Under the pieces are notes generated by a model. The model did not search any database. It was not told where the DNA came from and worked only from the letters and a program-made list of their open reading frames with translations. A stretch of 64,000 nt of DNA from Dehalococcoidia bacterium (GTDB taxonomy: Bacteria; Chloroflexota; Dehalococcoidia; Bin125), in NCBI GenBank assembly GCA_965220315.1, contig CBDCPP010000001.1:59809-123808 (forward strand), written 5' to 3'. Numbering within the stretch: the first letter of the stretch is position 1; every line of letters starts with the position of its first letter. Made by a program: the position numbers and the translations under genes. Positions 48,435 to 58,348 of the stretch are shown one piece after another.

Positions 48435-51400
48435 AGCTCCGGCGTCTGCACCTCAAGGGCTTTGGCCACTTCAGTGATGTCGAACTTCCGGCCGACAACG
48501 CTGATCTTTCTGGGCGACTGACGGTGATTCACGGGCCCAACGAAGCGGGCAAGTCGACCCTGCTCGAATTCATCCGCACCATGCTTTTTGGCTTCGCCGT
48601 GCGTGAGCGCGACCGCCGCTTCCCGCCATTGGCAGGCGGGCGGCACGGCGGGCGCTTGCAGGTGCTGGACGACGAAAAGCGCGCCTACGTGATCGAGCGT
48701 TTCGCCGGCCGCGGCAGTGGCACGCTGACTGTCAGCGCTGAGAACGGTCGACGCGTGGAGCCGGCGACGCTCCAGCGCATGCTTGGCCACGCATCGGTGC
48801 TCCTGTTTAAGAACGTGTTTGCCTTCGATTTGGACCAGTTGCGCGATGTCACAGCGCTGCAGGAGGCTGGCGTAACGGACAGCATCTACAGCGCGGGAGT
48901 GGGCGCGGCCGGATTGACGCAGGCGCTGACCCAGTTCGATGCATCCCGTCGGAAGATCTACCTGCCGAACGGAAGAAAGCAGCCTGTCGCTCAGGCCTTG
49001 AACGCGTTGGCCTCGGTGGAGGAAAAGCTGGCAGCGTCAGCTGAAGCGGCGAGCCAGTACAGCAAGCTGCAGGCGGAGCGCGAAACGACCGAACGTGCGC
49101 TGGCGGCGGCGGATGCCGCGCGCGCGCGCGCGCAACAAGAGAGCATCCGCGCGGAGCGGCTCCACGAGGCCTGGTCGGACTGGGTGACCCTGCGGGAGTT
49201 GGAGCGTGAACTGGAACAGATTCCCCCGCGCCCTGAGTTTCCCAGCGACGCGACAACTCGCTTGGAGAATGCCGAGGCGAGTCTTGGGGAGGTCTCAGTA
49301 CGGCTGGAGAGAGAACGGACGGAGCTGGCGCGTTGTCGCAGCGCCACTGCTGCGATCAAGTTCGACGCGAAGCTACTGGAGGCTGCGGCGGAGATCGAAA
49401 CGCTCCGCCGCAAGCGAGACACCTTCGCTGTCTCGCTGGATGACCTGCCGAATTGTCGAGAGGAAATGCAGGGTCTCGAGCAGGAAGTGGCGCAGGATAT
49501 ACGTACGTTGGGGCGCGCTTGGAACGCTGATCGCGTCGAGCGGTTCGACACGTCGGCACCCGTGCGCAAGGAGCTGGCGGAGGTCGGCGCGGCCTACAAT
49601 GCCGCACTGCAATCGCGGCGGGATGGCGAGATCGCTTGTGAGAGCGTAGACCGGCGTCTCCGCGACGAGTTAGTACGTTTGGAGGCGGCGCGGGAGGCGC
49701 TGCACGAACTCCCCGCCCCGATCCTGGATGTCGACACGCTGGGAGCCCGCCGCATCGCGGTGAATCGCCTTCGCGACGAGTTGGTGGGCTTGGAGGCGGC
49801 GCGTACGCTTCGCGATCAGGAGAATGCGCGCCTCGGTGAATTGCAAACACAGCGGCCGGAAGCGCAGCCGGTGCCCTTCTGGCAGCGAACGGAGTGGATC
49901 GGAGCTGGAGCAACGGCAACAGCAGGCGCGCTTGCCCTCGTCGGCGGCGTCTTGGCGGGCGGAACCGGCTTGATTTTCGGTCTCGTCGCGGCGGGCCTGC
50001 TCGCGGCGACGGCGATCTTCCTGGCGCTGCGGGCGCGCAAGGCGCCGGTCCCGCTGGCCTGGAAGCAGTTCGATAAAGCGATCCGCGCGCAGCAGGAACG
50101 AGAGACGGCAGCGACGCAGGCAGTGGAGGCGATCGAAGCGCGCTTGCCGGAGTTGACGGCGGAGGCGCAGTTGGGAACGGGGGCGTCGGAGAGCGACATC
50201 ACTGAGGTGAAGGAAGAGCTCGATTCGGCGCAGAAGACGCTCGATACGCACCTTGAGCGTGAGGGCGATCTCCGCGCGGCCGAGCGGCAGGTGCAATTGG
50301 CGCAGCAGGAAGTAGAGCGAGCACGGACGGCCACGGCAGAGGCGGATGCATCCGCTGAGGTGGCTCAACGTGCCTGGACCCTGTGGCTGGACTCGCGGGA
50401 GCTGATGGAGACGATGCAGCCGGACGAGGTGACTGAGCTGTTCGGTCAGCTGGACACAGTTCGTGCAAAGCTGGGGCAGCTTGCCGATCGTCGGCGGCGC
50501 TTGGCCGCGATCGAGCATGACATTGAGGAGTTCTGCGTCCTGGCCAAGCCGCTGCTTCAGCAGCGCGAAGATGCGCACCAGCAGACGCCGGCGCAGCTCG
50601 AACCCGAAGTCGACGCGCTGATCGCCGCGTTCGACGCCAGTCGCGAAGCTAGAGAAGAGAAAGATCGCTTAGCCGCACAGGGGAAGGTCGCTCGCCGCCG
50701 CCTAGCGGACGTGACCGCCGAACAGAAGCGCACGGAAGAGGCGCTACAGAACCTCCTTACCTCAGCGGGTGTGGACGACCCGGTCGAGTACCGGCGTCTG
50801 GCGGCGCAGCAAGCGCGCCGCGCGGAGTTGGAGCCACAAGCTCGGGAGTGCGTAGCCGGGCTGGTGCGGCGGAGCGGTCCCGACCAAGCCTTCAGAGAAT
50901 TCCGGGCCGCGCTGGAAACATCCGACCAAGATACCCTACAGCAGAACATGGAGCGCGCGGCGGATCGTCTCGCCGACCAAGAAGAGCGCCGCGACCAACG
51001 CATCGCCCGTCTGGGCGAACTGCGGCAGCAGCTCGAAACCCTGGAGCGCGATGTAAGCGCGGCCGAGTTGCGCCAGGATCGCGAAGTGTTGCAGACAGAG
51101 CTGGCCGCGCTAGCGCGCGAATGGTCGATGCTCACACTTGCCAAGGTGCTTCTCGAGCAGGCGCGCCGCCGCTATGAGGAGGAGCGTCAGCCAGGAGTCG
51201 TGCGGCGCGCGGAGGAATACTTCGGACGGATTACGGGGGGACGCTACCCGCGACTCAATGCACCATTGGACCAGCAACAGATCGAGATCATCCAAGACAA
51301 CGGCGATCGGAAGACTCCAACCGAGCTGAGCCGGGGGACGCAGGAGCAACTCTATCTGTCACTGCGCTTCGGATTGATCGAAGAGTTCGCTCACCACTCG

Positions 51401-51595
51401 GCGCGGCTCCCGGTAATCGTCGACGACATTCTGGTCAACTTCGATCCAGAGCGGGCCGAGCGGGCTGCGGATGCGCTGCGCCAGCTGGCGCGCTCCAATC
51501 AAGTGTTGGTGTTCACTTGCCATCCTTCGACAGTAGAGCTGTTCCAGCGCGTTGCTCCAGAAGTTGACACCTTGCCGCTGCCCGATCGCGGCTGA
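48431..51595 (+). CDS. SbcC/Rad50-like AAA ATPase (YhaN-like), with a hydrophobic insert in the coiled-coil
   Basis: The N-terminal Walker A is IHGPNEAGKSTLLEFI, there is a long coiled-coil, and the C-terminus has signature/D-loop motifs (LSRGTQEQLYLSLRF, LPVIVDDILVNFD, LVFTCH). A central roughly 45-aa hydrophobic segment (WIGAGATATAGALALVGGVLAGGTGLIFGLVAAGLLAATAIFLAL) lies at about 49890-50040. Confidence 0.8.
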   Translation: MKLRRLHLKGFGHFSDVELPADNADLSGRLTVIHGPNEAGKSTLLEFIRTMLFGFAVRERDRRFPPLAGGRHGGRLQVLDDEKRAYVIERFAGRGSGTLTVSAENGRRVEPATLQRMLGHASVLLFKNVFAFDLDQLRDVTALQEAGVTDSIYSAGVGAAGLTQALTQFDASRRKIYLPNGRKQPVAQALNALASVEEKLAASAEAASQYSKLQAERETTERALAAADAARARAQQESIRAERLHEAWSDWVTLRELERELEQIPPRPEFPSDATTRLENAEASLGEVSVRLERERTELARCRSATAAIKFDAKLLEAAAEIETLRRKRDTFAVSLDDLPNCREEMQGLEQEVAQDIRTLGRAWNADRVERFDTSAPVRKELAEVGAAYNAALQSRRDGEIACESVDRRLRDELVRLEAAREALHELPAPILDVDTLGARRIAVNRLRDELVGLEAARTLRDQENARLGELQTQRPEAQPVPFWQRTEWIGAGATATAGALALVGGVLAGGTGLIFGLVAAGLLAATAIFLALRARKAPVPLAWKQFDKAIRAQQERETAATQAVEAIEARLPELTAEAQLGTGASESDITEVKEELDSAQKTLDTHLEREGDLRAAERQVQLAQQEVERARTATAEADASAEVAQRAWTLWLDSRELMETMQPDEVTELFGQLDTVRAKLGQLADRRRRLAAIEHDIEEFCVLAKPLLQQREDAHQQTPAQLEPEVDALIAAFDASREAREEKDRLAAQGKVARRRLADVTAEQKRTEEALQNLLTSAGVDDPVEYRRLAAQQARRAELEPQARECVAGLVRRSGPDQAFREFRAALETSDQDTLQQNMERAADRLADQEERRDQRIARLGELRQQLETLERDVSAAELRQDREVLQTELAALAREWSMLTLAKVLLEQARRRYEEERQPGVVRRAEEYFGRITGGRYPRLNAPLDQQQIEIIQDNGDRKTPTELSRGTQEQLYLSLRFGLIEEFAHHSARLPVIVDDILVNFDPERAERAADALRQLARSNQVLVFTCHPSTVELFQRVAPEVDTLPLPDRG

Positions 51596-51666
51596 TTCTC
51601 CATCTTCAGGCCGATTGCCGCGCTTTTGGAGGCACTGCTAGGCTTCCGGAACTTACGCGGCGCTTT

Positions 51667-52497
51667 GTGCGCGCGGTGCGCGAGTGGAAAGGATCTATCG
51701 TGCCAGCTGCTGCTCACGTGTCATTCCCCGCTGAAGGCGTAGGAATGGTGTTGATGGATGATCCACCGAAGAACTTCGGCTCGTATGAGCTGCTAGCGCA
51801 GGTCGAAGAGGGAATCGAAGAGGTCAAGGCCGCTGGCGCGCGCGTGCTATTGCTCGCCTCGGACGTGCCCGGTTACTTCATGGCGCACGCATGGCTGCCG
51901 GATGTGTTGAACGCCTATGAGGGCAGCAAACCGAGCGGCGATCCGCGTCTCTGGCGTCGGCTGACGAACGAGTTGGAGCGCGGACCGCTCATCTCGATCG
52001 CGGTGAATCATGCACAAGCCTGGGGCGGCGGCGCTGAATTGAGCTGGGCCTGCAATCTGCGCGTGGCGGGTCGGAGCGCGACCTACTGTCAGGTTGAGAG
52101 CATTCTCGGGGTGATCCCGGGAGGTGGCGGCACGGTCCGCCTCTCCCGGCTAGTAGGGCAGTCCAAGGCGATGGAGATCTTGCTGGCCGGTGAGCCGATG
52201 ACCGCTGAGGAGTTGCACACCCTCGGCTTGGTGAACAAAATCTTCGACGACGACGATCTGCGCGCGAGTGCGATCGCCTGGGGGGCACTGATCGCGACTC
52301 GGCCTCACTGGTCTCTGCAGGCTTGCAAGCGTGGCCTGTTGCAGGCTTGGGATATGCACTTCGAGGACGCCTGCCGAATCGAGAACTATATCTTCAACTC
52401 AATGATGCGGCCGCGCACCATCGAGATCATGCAAGAGATTCAAGATCGTTACGATGCGGGCGCCGATTCCTGGGAGGCGTACGAACTTCAGCGTTAG
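51667..52497 (+). CDS. Enoyl-CoA hydratase/isomerase (crotonase) family protein
   Basis: The crotonase fold is present (AVNHAQAWGGGAELSWACNLRVA; oxyanion-hole region). The likely true start is the GTG at 51700, which has an AAAGGA RBS. Confidence 0.75.
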   Translation: MRAVREWKGSIVPAAAHVSFPAEGVGMVLMDDPPKNFGSYELLAQVEEGIEEVKAAGARVLLLASDVPGYFMAHAWLPDVLNAYEGSKPSGDPRLWRRLTNELERGPLISIAVNHAQAWGGGAELSWACNLRVAGRSATYCQVESILGVIPGGGGTVRLSRLVGQSKAMEILLAGEPMTAEELHTLGLVNKIFDDDDLRASAIAWGALIATRPHWSLQACKRGLLQAWDMHFEDACRIENYIFNSMMRPRTIEIMQEIQDRYDAGADSWEAYELQR

Positions 52498-52509
52498 ATC
52501 GCGAGATGC

Positions 52510-54474
52510 ATGACCGAGGAGCTATTTAACTACGCCACAGTCACACCGGAGACGATCCGTGATGGCTGCGACGATGCCGTGCGGCGAGCGGAGACGCTAG
52601 TCGCGGAGATCGCGGCCCTGCCCGACGGCCGGCGGAGTTTCGTCAACACACTCCTTCCAATGGAGGAGATCGCGGACGTGCTACGCCAGGCTGGCGGTCG
52701 CTACGCTTTCTTAGCGCATGTGGCAAGCGACGCGGCCGTGCGTGAAACGGCACGCAAACAGGAAGAGCGCCTGGACCAATACAGCAGTGCGCTCGGGTTT
52801 CGTGAGGAACTCTACCGATCTGCGCTGGCGTTCTCGCAGACGGCGCAGGCCCAGGCGCTGGCAAGCGTGGAGGGGCGGCTACTGGAGTACACGCTGCGCG
52901 ACTTTCGCCGCAATGGACTGGGGCTTCCGGCGGCGGCGCGCAAGCGCGTCCAGGAGAGAAAAGAGCGGCTGGTCACGCTCGGGATCAACTTCCGCCGCAA
53001 TATTGACGAATACGACGATGGCCTCTGGCTTACCAGGGATCAGCTTGCCGGATTGCCCGATACGTTCCTCGAAGGGCTGCGCAGCAAGGAGCAGTTAGGC
53101 GGGACGCGCTACCGCGTATCGCTTGACTATCCGGAGCTGCACCCGGTTTTGGATTCTGCGGATGATGGTGCTGTGCGTGAAGAGCTCTTCCGCAAGAACC
53201 ACAACAAGGCAGCGGACACGAACCTGCCGATCCTCGCCGAGGCGATCGACCTGCGGCACGAAATCGCCACAGCGCTTGGTTACCCTTCCTGGGCCGACTA
53301 CGTGATCGAGCTGCGTGTTGCTAAGAAGGCACCAACGGTCCGCGCATTCCTCGTGGATTTGGAGCAGCGCGTACGCGTGAAAGCGGAACAGGACATGCAG
53401 ATGTTGCGCGCCGCGCGCGGCGGCGGTGAACCGATCGAGTTGTGGGATTGGCGCTACTACACGCAACAGATCCTGCGCGAGCAGTACCACGTCGATCCGT
53501 TTGCGATCGCGGAATATTTTCCCTTGGATGCCACGCTCAGCGGGCTCTTCCAGATCTGCGAGGAGTTGCTCGGCGTGCGCTTTGTCGCGCAAACCGACGC
53601 GAACGCGTGGGATACGGACGTTCAGCTATTCGAGTGTGTCGATGCACGTGACGGACGTGGCCTTGCGCATTTTTATCTGGACCTCTTCCCGCGCCCCGAT
53701 AAGTACGGCCACGCGGCTGCGTTCAGTCTGCGGGGCGGCCGCACATTGCCGGATGGCTCATATCAGCGCCCGATCAGCGCCATCGTCGCGAACTTCACGA
53801 AGCCCACCGCTTCAGCACCGTCGCTGCTACGGCACTCCGAGGTCGTGACACTGTTCCACGAGTTCGGGCATATCCTGCATCAGACCCTCACACAAGTTCC
53901 CTATCCGTCCTTCGCTGGGACACAGGTCGAGCGGGACTTCGTGGAAGCGCCCTCGCAAATGCTGGAGCATTGGTGCTGGTCGCCGGAGATCTTGCGATCG
54001 TTCTCACGGCACCATCGCAGCGGGGATCCGCTACCTGCTCGGCTCGTTGAGCGGATGGTCGAGGCGCGCAACCTGAGTAGCGGCATCGCCAGCCTGCGCC
54101 AGATTTATTTCTCGCGGCTCGATCTCGCTTATCACGAGGCGGGAGCGCGAAAGGACACGGATCGGATCGCCGAGGAGCTGCACCCAATCACTGGCTTCAC
54201 CTTTCCGAGAGAGACCCACGTCCAAGCAGGCTTCGGACATCTCTTCGGCTACGACGCTGGCTACTACAGCTATCTCTGGTCACGAGTCTACGGTGACGAC
54301 ATGTTCACGCGTTTCGAGGAGACGAGTCTGGGTGATCCCAGCGTGGGGCACGACTACCGCCGTCTCATCCTGGAGCGTGGTGGGTCGCTGGACGGCGACG
54401 TGCTGGTCCGTGACTTCCTAGGTCGTGAACCTAACTCTGAGGCATTCCTGCGACACCTAGGACTAGACGACTAA
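52510..54474 (+). CDS. M3-family metallopeptidase (oligopeptidase A/Dcp/thimet-like)
   Basis: The HEFGHILHQ HEXXH motif and a downstream Glu ligand region are present. The length is about 654 aa. Confidence 0.85.
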   Translation: MTEELFNYATVTPETIRDGCDDAVRRAETLVAEIAALPDGRRSFVNTLLPMEEIADVLRQAGGRYAFLAHVASDAAVRETARKQEERLDQYSSALGFREELYRSALAFSQTAQAQALASVEGRLLEYTLRDFRRNGLGLPAAARKRVQERKERLVTLGINFRRNIDEYDDGLWLTRDQLAGLPDTFLEGLRSKEQLGGTRYRVSLDYPELHPVLDSADDGAVREELFRKNHNKAADTNLPILAEAIDLRHEIATALGYPSWADYVIELRVAKKAPTVRAFLVDLEQRVRVKAEQDMQMLRAARGGGEPIELWDWRYYTQQILREQYHVDPFAIAEYFPLDATLSGLFQICEELLGVRFVAQTDANAWDTDVQLFECVDARDGRGLAHFYLDLFPRPDKYGHAAAFSLRGGRTLPDGSYQRPISAIVANFTKPTASAPSLLRHSEVVTLFHEFGHILHQTLTQVPYPSFAGTQVERDFVEAPSQMLEHWCWSPEILRSFSRHHRSGDPLPARLVERMVEARNLSSGIASLRQIYFSRLDLAYHEAGARKDTDRIAEELHPITGFTFPRETHVQAGFGHLFGYDAGYYSYLWSRVYGDDMFTRFEETSLGDPSVGHDYRRLILERGGSLDGDVLVRDFLGREPNSEAFLRHLGLDD

Positions 54475-54556
54475 CCGTAGGCCGCTAGACTCCCTCTCGC
54501 GTTGAGGGTTCCTGGCCCGCCGCGCAAGCGAGTCATTCCAGCGTTCGGAGGCGGCT

Positions 54557-55768
54557 GTGCTGCAAGCGAGGTCCGTGGAAGAAGCAACGGAGCATTTCGG
54601 ACAGCTAGTCAATGCACAATTGGCGCGGATAGAACGCATCAAAAAGGAAGCCGACTGGATCGACTACCAAGCACTGGACCAGATCGTCATTGGGGTCCTG
54701 GGAGGCGACGGGATCGGCCCGGCGATCTCTCACGAGGCCCAGCGCATCTTGGAAGATCTTCTCTCAGACCAAGTTTCCTCCGGCAAGGTTGTATTCCGCA
54801 CGATCGATGGCCTCACGATCGAGCGCCGCGCTGAAGAGATGGCTGCGATTCCCGCAGCCGTCCTGGAGGAGATTCGAGAGTGCCACGTCACACTCAAAGG
54901 CCCCACGACCACGCCGGAGCAGGGCGATGCCTGGCCCAACATTGAGAGCGCGAACGTCGCGATGCGCAAGGAGCTCGACCTCTTCGCCAACGTGCGGCCT
55001 GTCCGCGTGCCGGCTGAGGGAATCGACTGGACCTTCTTCCGTGAGAACACGGAAGACCTCTACGCGGTTGGCAGCCAGGGAGTGACGCTCGGCGACCTCG
55101 CAGTCGACTTTAAGATGATCACCAAGCCCGGTAGCGACCGGCTAATCCGCGCGGCCTTCGCCTTTGCCAAGAAGAATGGCAAGGACCGCTTGACGATCGT
55201 CACGAAGGCAAACGTCGTCAAGACGACCGACGGCACTTTCTTGGATGCCGCACGCGAGGTGGCGAAAGACTACCCCGGGATCAAGTGGGAAGGCTGGTAT
55301 ATCGACATCATGACCGCCAAGCTCATCGATCCGAAGCGCCGCCGCGATTTCCAAGTGTTGGCTTTGCCCAACCTCTACGGCGACATCCTCACCGATGAAG
55401 CTGCTGAATTTCAGGGTGGTGTAGGGACGGCCGGCAGTGCCAATATCGGCAAGCGCTACGCGATGTTCGAGGCTATTCACGGCTCCGCCCCGCGCATGGT
55501 GCGGGAGGGACGGGCCCAGTACGCGGATCCATCCTCCATGGTGCGAGCTGGGGCGATGATGCTGTCACACATCGGCTATCAAGAGCTCGGCGAACGGTTG
55601 GGCAAGGCGTTGGATCTCTGCGGGCAATACGAAGCGAAGCTCACGATGACCGGTCGCGATACGGGCGCCACTTCGCGGCTGTTCGGGGACTACATTCTGG
55701 AGACCGTTCGTGCGCCTGACCTGGAGCCGCGCTGGGACGCGGCGGTGCGAGCCGCTGTCCAGGGATAG
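54557..55768 (+). CDS. Isocitrate/isopropylmalate dehydrogenase family protein (probable isocitrate dehydrogenase)
   Basis: [40 protein letters not shown] and IHGSAPRM are present. A GGAGG RBS lies 5 nt before the GTG. Confidence 0.8.
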   Translation: MLQARSVEEATEHFGQLVNAQLARIERIKKEADWIDYQALDQIVIGVLGGDGIGPAISHEAQRILEDLLSDQVSSGKVVFRTIDGLTIERRAEEMAAIPAAVLEEIRECHVTLKGPTTTPEQGDAWPNIESANVAMRKELDLFANVRPVRVPAEGIDWTFFRENTEDLYAVGSQGVTLGDLAVDFKMITKPGSDRLIRAAFAFAKKNGKDRLTIVTKANVVKTTDGTFLDAAREVAKDYPGIKWEGWYIDIMTAKLIDPKRRRDFQVLALPNLYGDILTDEAAEFQGGVGTAGSANIGKRYAMFEAIHGSAPRMVREGRAQYADPSSMVRAGAMMLSHIGYQELGERLGKALDLCGQYEAKLTMTGRDTGATSRLFGDYILETVRAPDLEPRWDAAVRAAVQG

Positions 55769-55930
55769 TGGCGGCGCTCCTCGGACGGAGCCGATCTGTT
55801 CCCGGCGGGCCACTCCAGTTCTGTTAGCCGGGTTGCCTCTGCAACCATTCGCCGCTAGGCGGTCTTCCTACCGGACTGCATACTGGTTTCGTTCTGCACA
55901 ACGGTTCAACTCGACTAGCGATCGGCAAGT

Positions 55931-58294
55931 ATGCACATGGTCATCGCCAGTAATCTTGGCTACCCGCGTATCGGACCCGGGCGTGAGCTAAAGAAAGCGC
56001 TGGAGAGCTTCTGGGGCGGTCGGAGCGACGCGGCGGCACTGGACACTGCGAGCGCTGCGCTGCGTCGCGCCAGCTGGGAACTGCAGCATGCCGCTGGGAT
56101 CAACCAGATCCCATCCAATGACTTTTCCTTGTATGACCACGTGCTGGATACGGCGGCAATGCTCGGCGCAGTCCCCTCGCGGTTCGGATGGAACGGCGAG
56201 ATGGTCGATCACGACACCTATTTCGCTATGGCGCGCGGCGGGCCCGATACGCCGGCTATGGAGATGACGAAGTGGTTCGATACGAACTACCACTACATCG
56301 TGCCGGAATTCGAGCCTGGGATGGTGTTCCGGCTCGCCTCCAGCAAGGCGATCGATGAGTATCGCGAGGCGAAGGCGCTGGGGATCGAGACGCGGCCCAA
56401 ACTCCTGGGTCCCATGTCGTTTCTGCTTCTGGGGAAGTCGCGGCATGCCGGGATCGAACCGCTCGACCTGCTTGATCAAGCGCTTCCCGTCTACGAGCAA
56501 GTACTGCGCCAGCTCGCCGACGCCGGTGCCGTGTGGGTTCAGGTTGACGAACCGATGCTGGTGTTGGACCTCGGCGCGCAGGCACGTGCTGCATACGGCC
56601 AGGCTTACGCACGCCTCAGCGCCGCCTGCCCGTCACTCAAACTGCTCCTCGCAACATACTTCGGTGACCCCGGCGATAACCTCGAAACCGCGCTGAAGCT
56701 GCCGGTGACGGGACTGCATCTGGACCTCACGCGCGCTTCCCGTTTAGTGCAACGGATGTTGTCCACGGTTCCCGATGATCTAACGCTGTCCTTGGGGCTC
56801 GTCGATGGCCGCAACGTGTGGCGTACGGATATCGACGCGGCCCTGAGGACGGCGCGGACAGTGGTGGACGCTGTCGGCCCCCAGCGGGTGATGATCGGAC
56901 CGTCGTGTTCGCTATTGCACGCGCCTGTCGACCTCGAGCTTGAAACGGAGCTGGACGAGGAGCTGCACTCGTGGCTGGCTTTCGCGCGGCAAAAAGTCGA
57001 TGAGATCGTGCTACTCGCGCGTGCCCTGGTCGATGAAGCAGCGGTGGCGGCAGAGCTGGAGGCGAGCCGCGCTGCAGTAGCTGGCCGTCGCGCCTCAAGC
57101 CGGGTCCACGATCCTTCGGTTGCGGCGCGGATACGATCAGTGGATCAGGCCATGAAGCGCCGGACGACTGCCTTTGCGCAGCGCCAAGCCGCCCAGCAGG
57201 CGCAATTACAGCTGCCCGTGCTCCCCACGACCACGATCGGCTCCTTCCCGCAGACCGACGCGGTGCGCAAGACCCGCGCGGCGTTCAAAGCCGGACGTCT
57301 GAGCGCTGCGGAGTACGACAGCTTCCTGGAATCTGAAATCGAGCGAGCCGTGCGCTTCCAGGAAGAAGTGGGATTGGATGTCCTTGTGCACGGAGAGCCC
57401 GAGCGTACCGACATGGTCGAGTACTTTGGCGAACGCTTGGCTGGCGTGGCGGTCACGAAACATGGATGGGTCCAAAGCTACGGATCGCGCTGTGCGCGGC
57501 CGCCGATCATCTATGGAGACGTTTCACGACCGAAGCCGATGACGGTGCGGTGGGCGCAGTACGCGCAGTCGCTGACTGATCGGCCCATGAAAGGCATGCT
57601 GACAGGACCGATCACCATTCTGCAGTGGTCATTTGTTCGGGATGATCAGCCACGTCGGGACACGGCCGGACAGATCGCCCTCGCGATTCGCGACGAGGTG
57701 CGGGATCTGGAAGCTACCGGCATCCGGGTTATCCAGATCGACGAGCCCGCCCTGCGTGAGGGGCTGCCACTGCGACGCACGGAATGGGAAGCCTACCTCG
57801 AATGGGCGGTTGAAAGCTTCCGGCTGGCGTCGGCCGGCGTGGGTGATGAAACGCAGATCCATACGCACATGTGTTATGCGGAGTTCAACGACATCCTGGA
57901 GGCGATTGCGCGGATGGACGCCGACGTGATCTCGATCGAAGCGTCGCGGTCGCAGATGGAACTTTTGGAAGGCTTCGCGCGCTTCCGCTACCCCAACCAG
58001 ATCGGACCCGGTGTTTACGATATCCACTCACCACGCGTGCCGAGCCGGGAAAGCATGGAGACGCTGATCGATTACGCCTTGGATGTCATCGCAGCCAATC
58101 AACTCTGGATTAATCCAGACTGTGGGCTCAAAACTCGCCATTGGGACGAAGTGCGTCCTAGCCTGACACACATGGTGGCGGCGGCCGAGCGGCAGCGCAG
58201 TCTGGTTACCGCGTCCTCGATGAGCGGCGCGCTCGCACGTCCTGATGACGCTGTCCGCGAGCGCTTCCACGCTGAAGGACGAGTGCGAGAGTAG
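55931..58294 (+). CDS. metE: Cobalamin-independent methionine synthase (5-methyltetrahydropteroyltriglutamate--homocysteine methyltransferase)
   Basis: MVIASNLGYPRIGPGRELKKALESFW (MetE N-terminus) and C-terminal zinc-site motifs (IHTHMCYAEF, DCGLKTR) are present. The product is about 787 aa. Confidence 0.9.
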   Translation: MHMVIASNLGYPRIGPGRELKKALESFWGGRSDAAALDTASAALRRASWELQHAAGINQIPSNDFSLYDHVLDTAAMLGAVPSRFGWNGEMVDHDTYFAMARGGPDTPAMEMTKWFDTNYHYIVPEFEPGMVFRLASSKAIDEYREAKALGIETRPKLLGPMSFLLLGKSRHAGIEPLDLLDQALPVYEQVLRQLADAGAVWVQVDEPMLVLDLGAQARAAYGQAYARLSAACPSLKLLLATYFGDPGDNLETALKLPVTGLHLDLTRASRLVQRMLSTVPDDLTLSLGLVDGRNVWRTDIDAALRTARTVVDAVGPQRVMIGPSCSLLHAPVDLELETELDEELHSWLAFARQKVDEIVLLARALVDEAAVAAELEASRAAVAGRRASSRVHDPSVAARIRSVDQAMKRRTTAFAQRQAAQQAQLQLPVLPTTTIGSFPQTDAVRKTRAAFKAGRLSAAEYDSFLESEIERAVRFQEEVGLDVLVHGEPERTDMVEYFGERLAGVAVTKHGWVQSYGSRCARPPIIYGDVSRPKPMTVRWAQYAQSLTDRPMKGMLTGPITILQWSFVRDDQPRRDTAGQIALAIRDEVRDLEATGIRVIQIDEPALREGLPLRRTEWEAYLEWAVESFRLASAGVGDETQIHTHMCYAEFNDILEAIARMDADVISIEASRSQMELLEGFARFRYPNQIGPGVYDIHSPRVPSRESMETLIDYALDVIAANQLWINPDCGLKTRHWDEVRPSLTHMVAAAERQRSLVTASSMSGALARPDDAVRERFHAEGRVRE

Positions 58295-58348
58295 TGAGCG
58301 CGCGGCTGGGCCGCCATTGATGAGCGTCTTCATCTGTAGGGAACGCAC

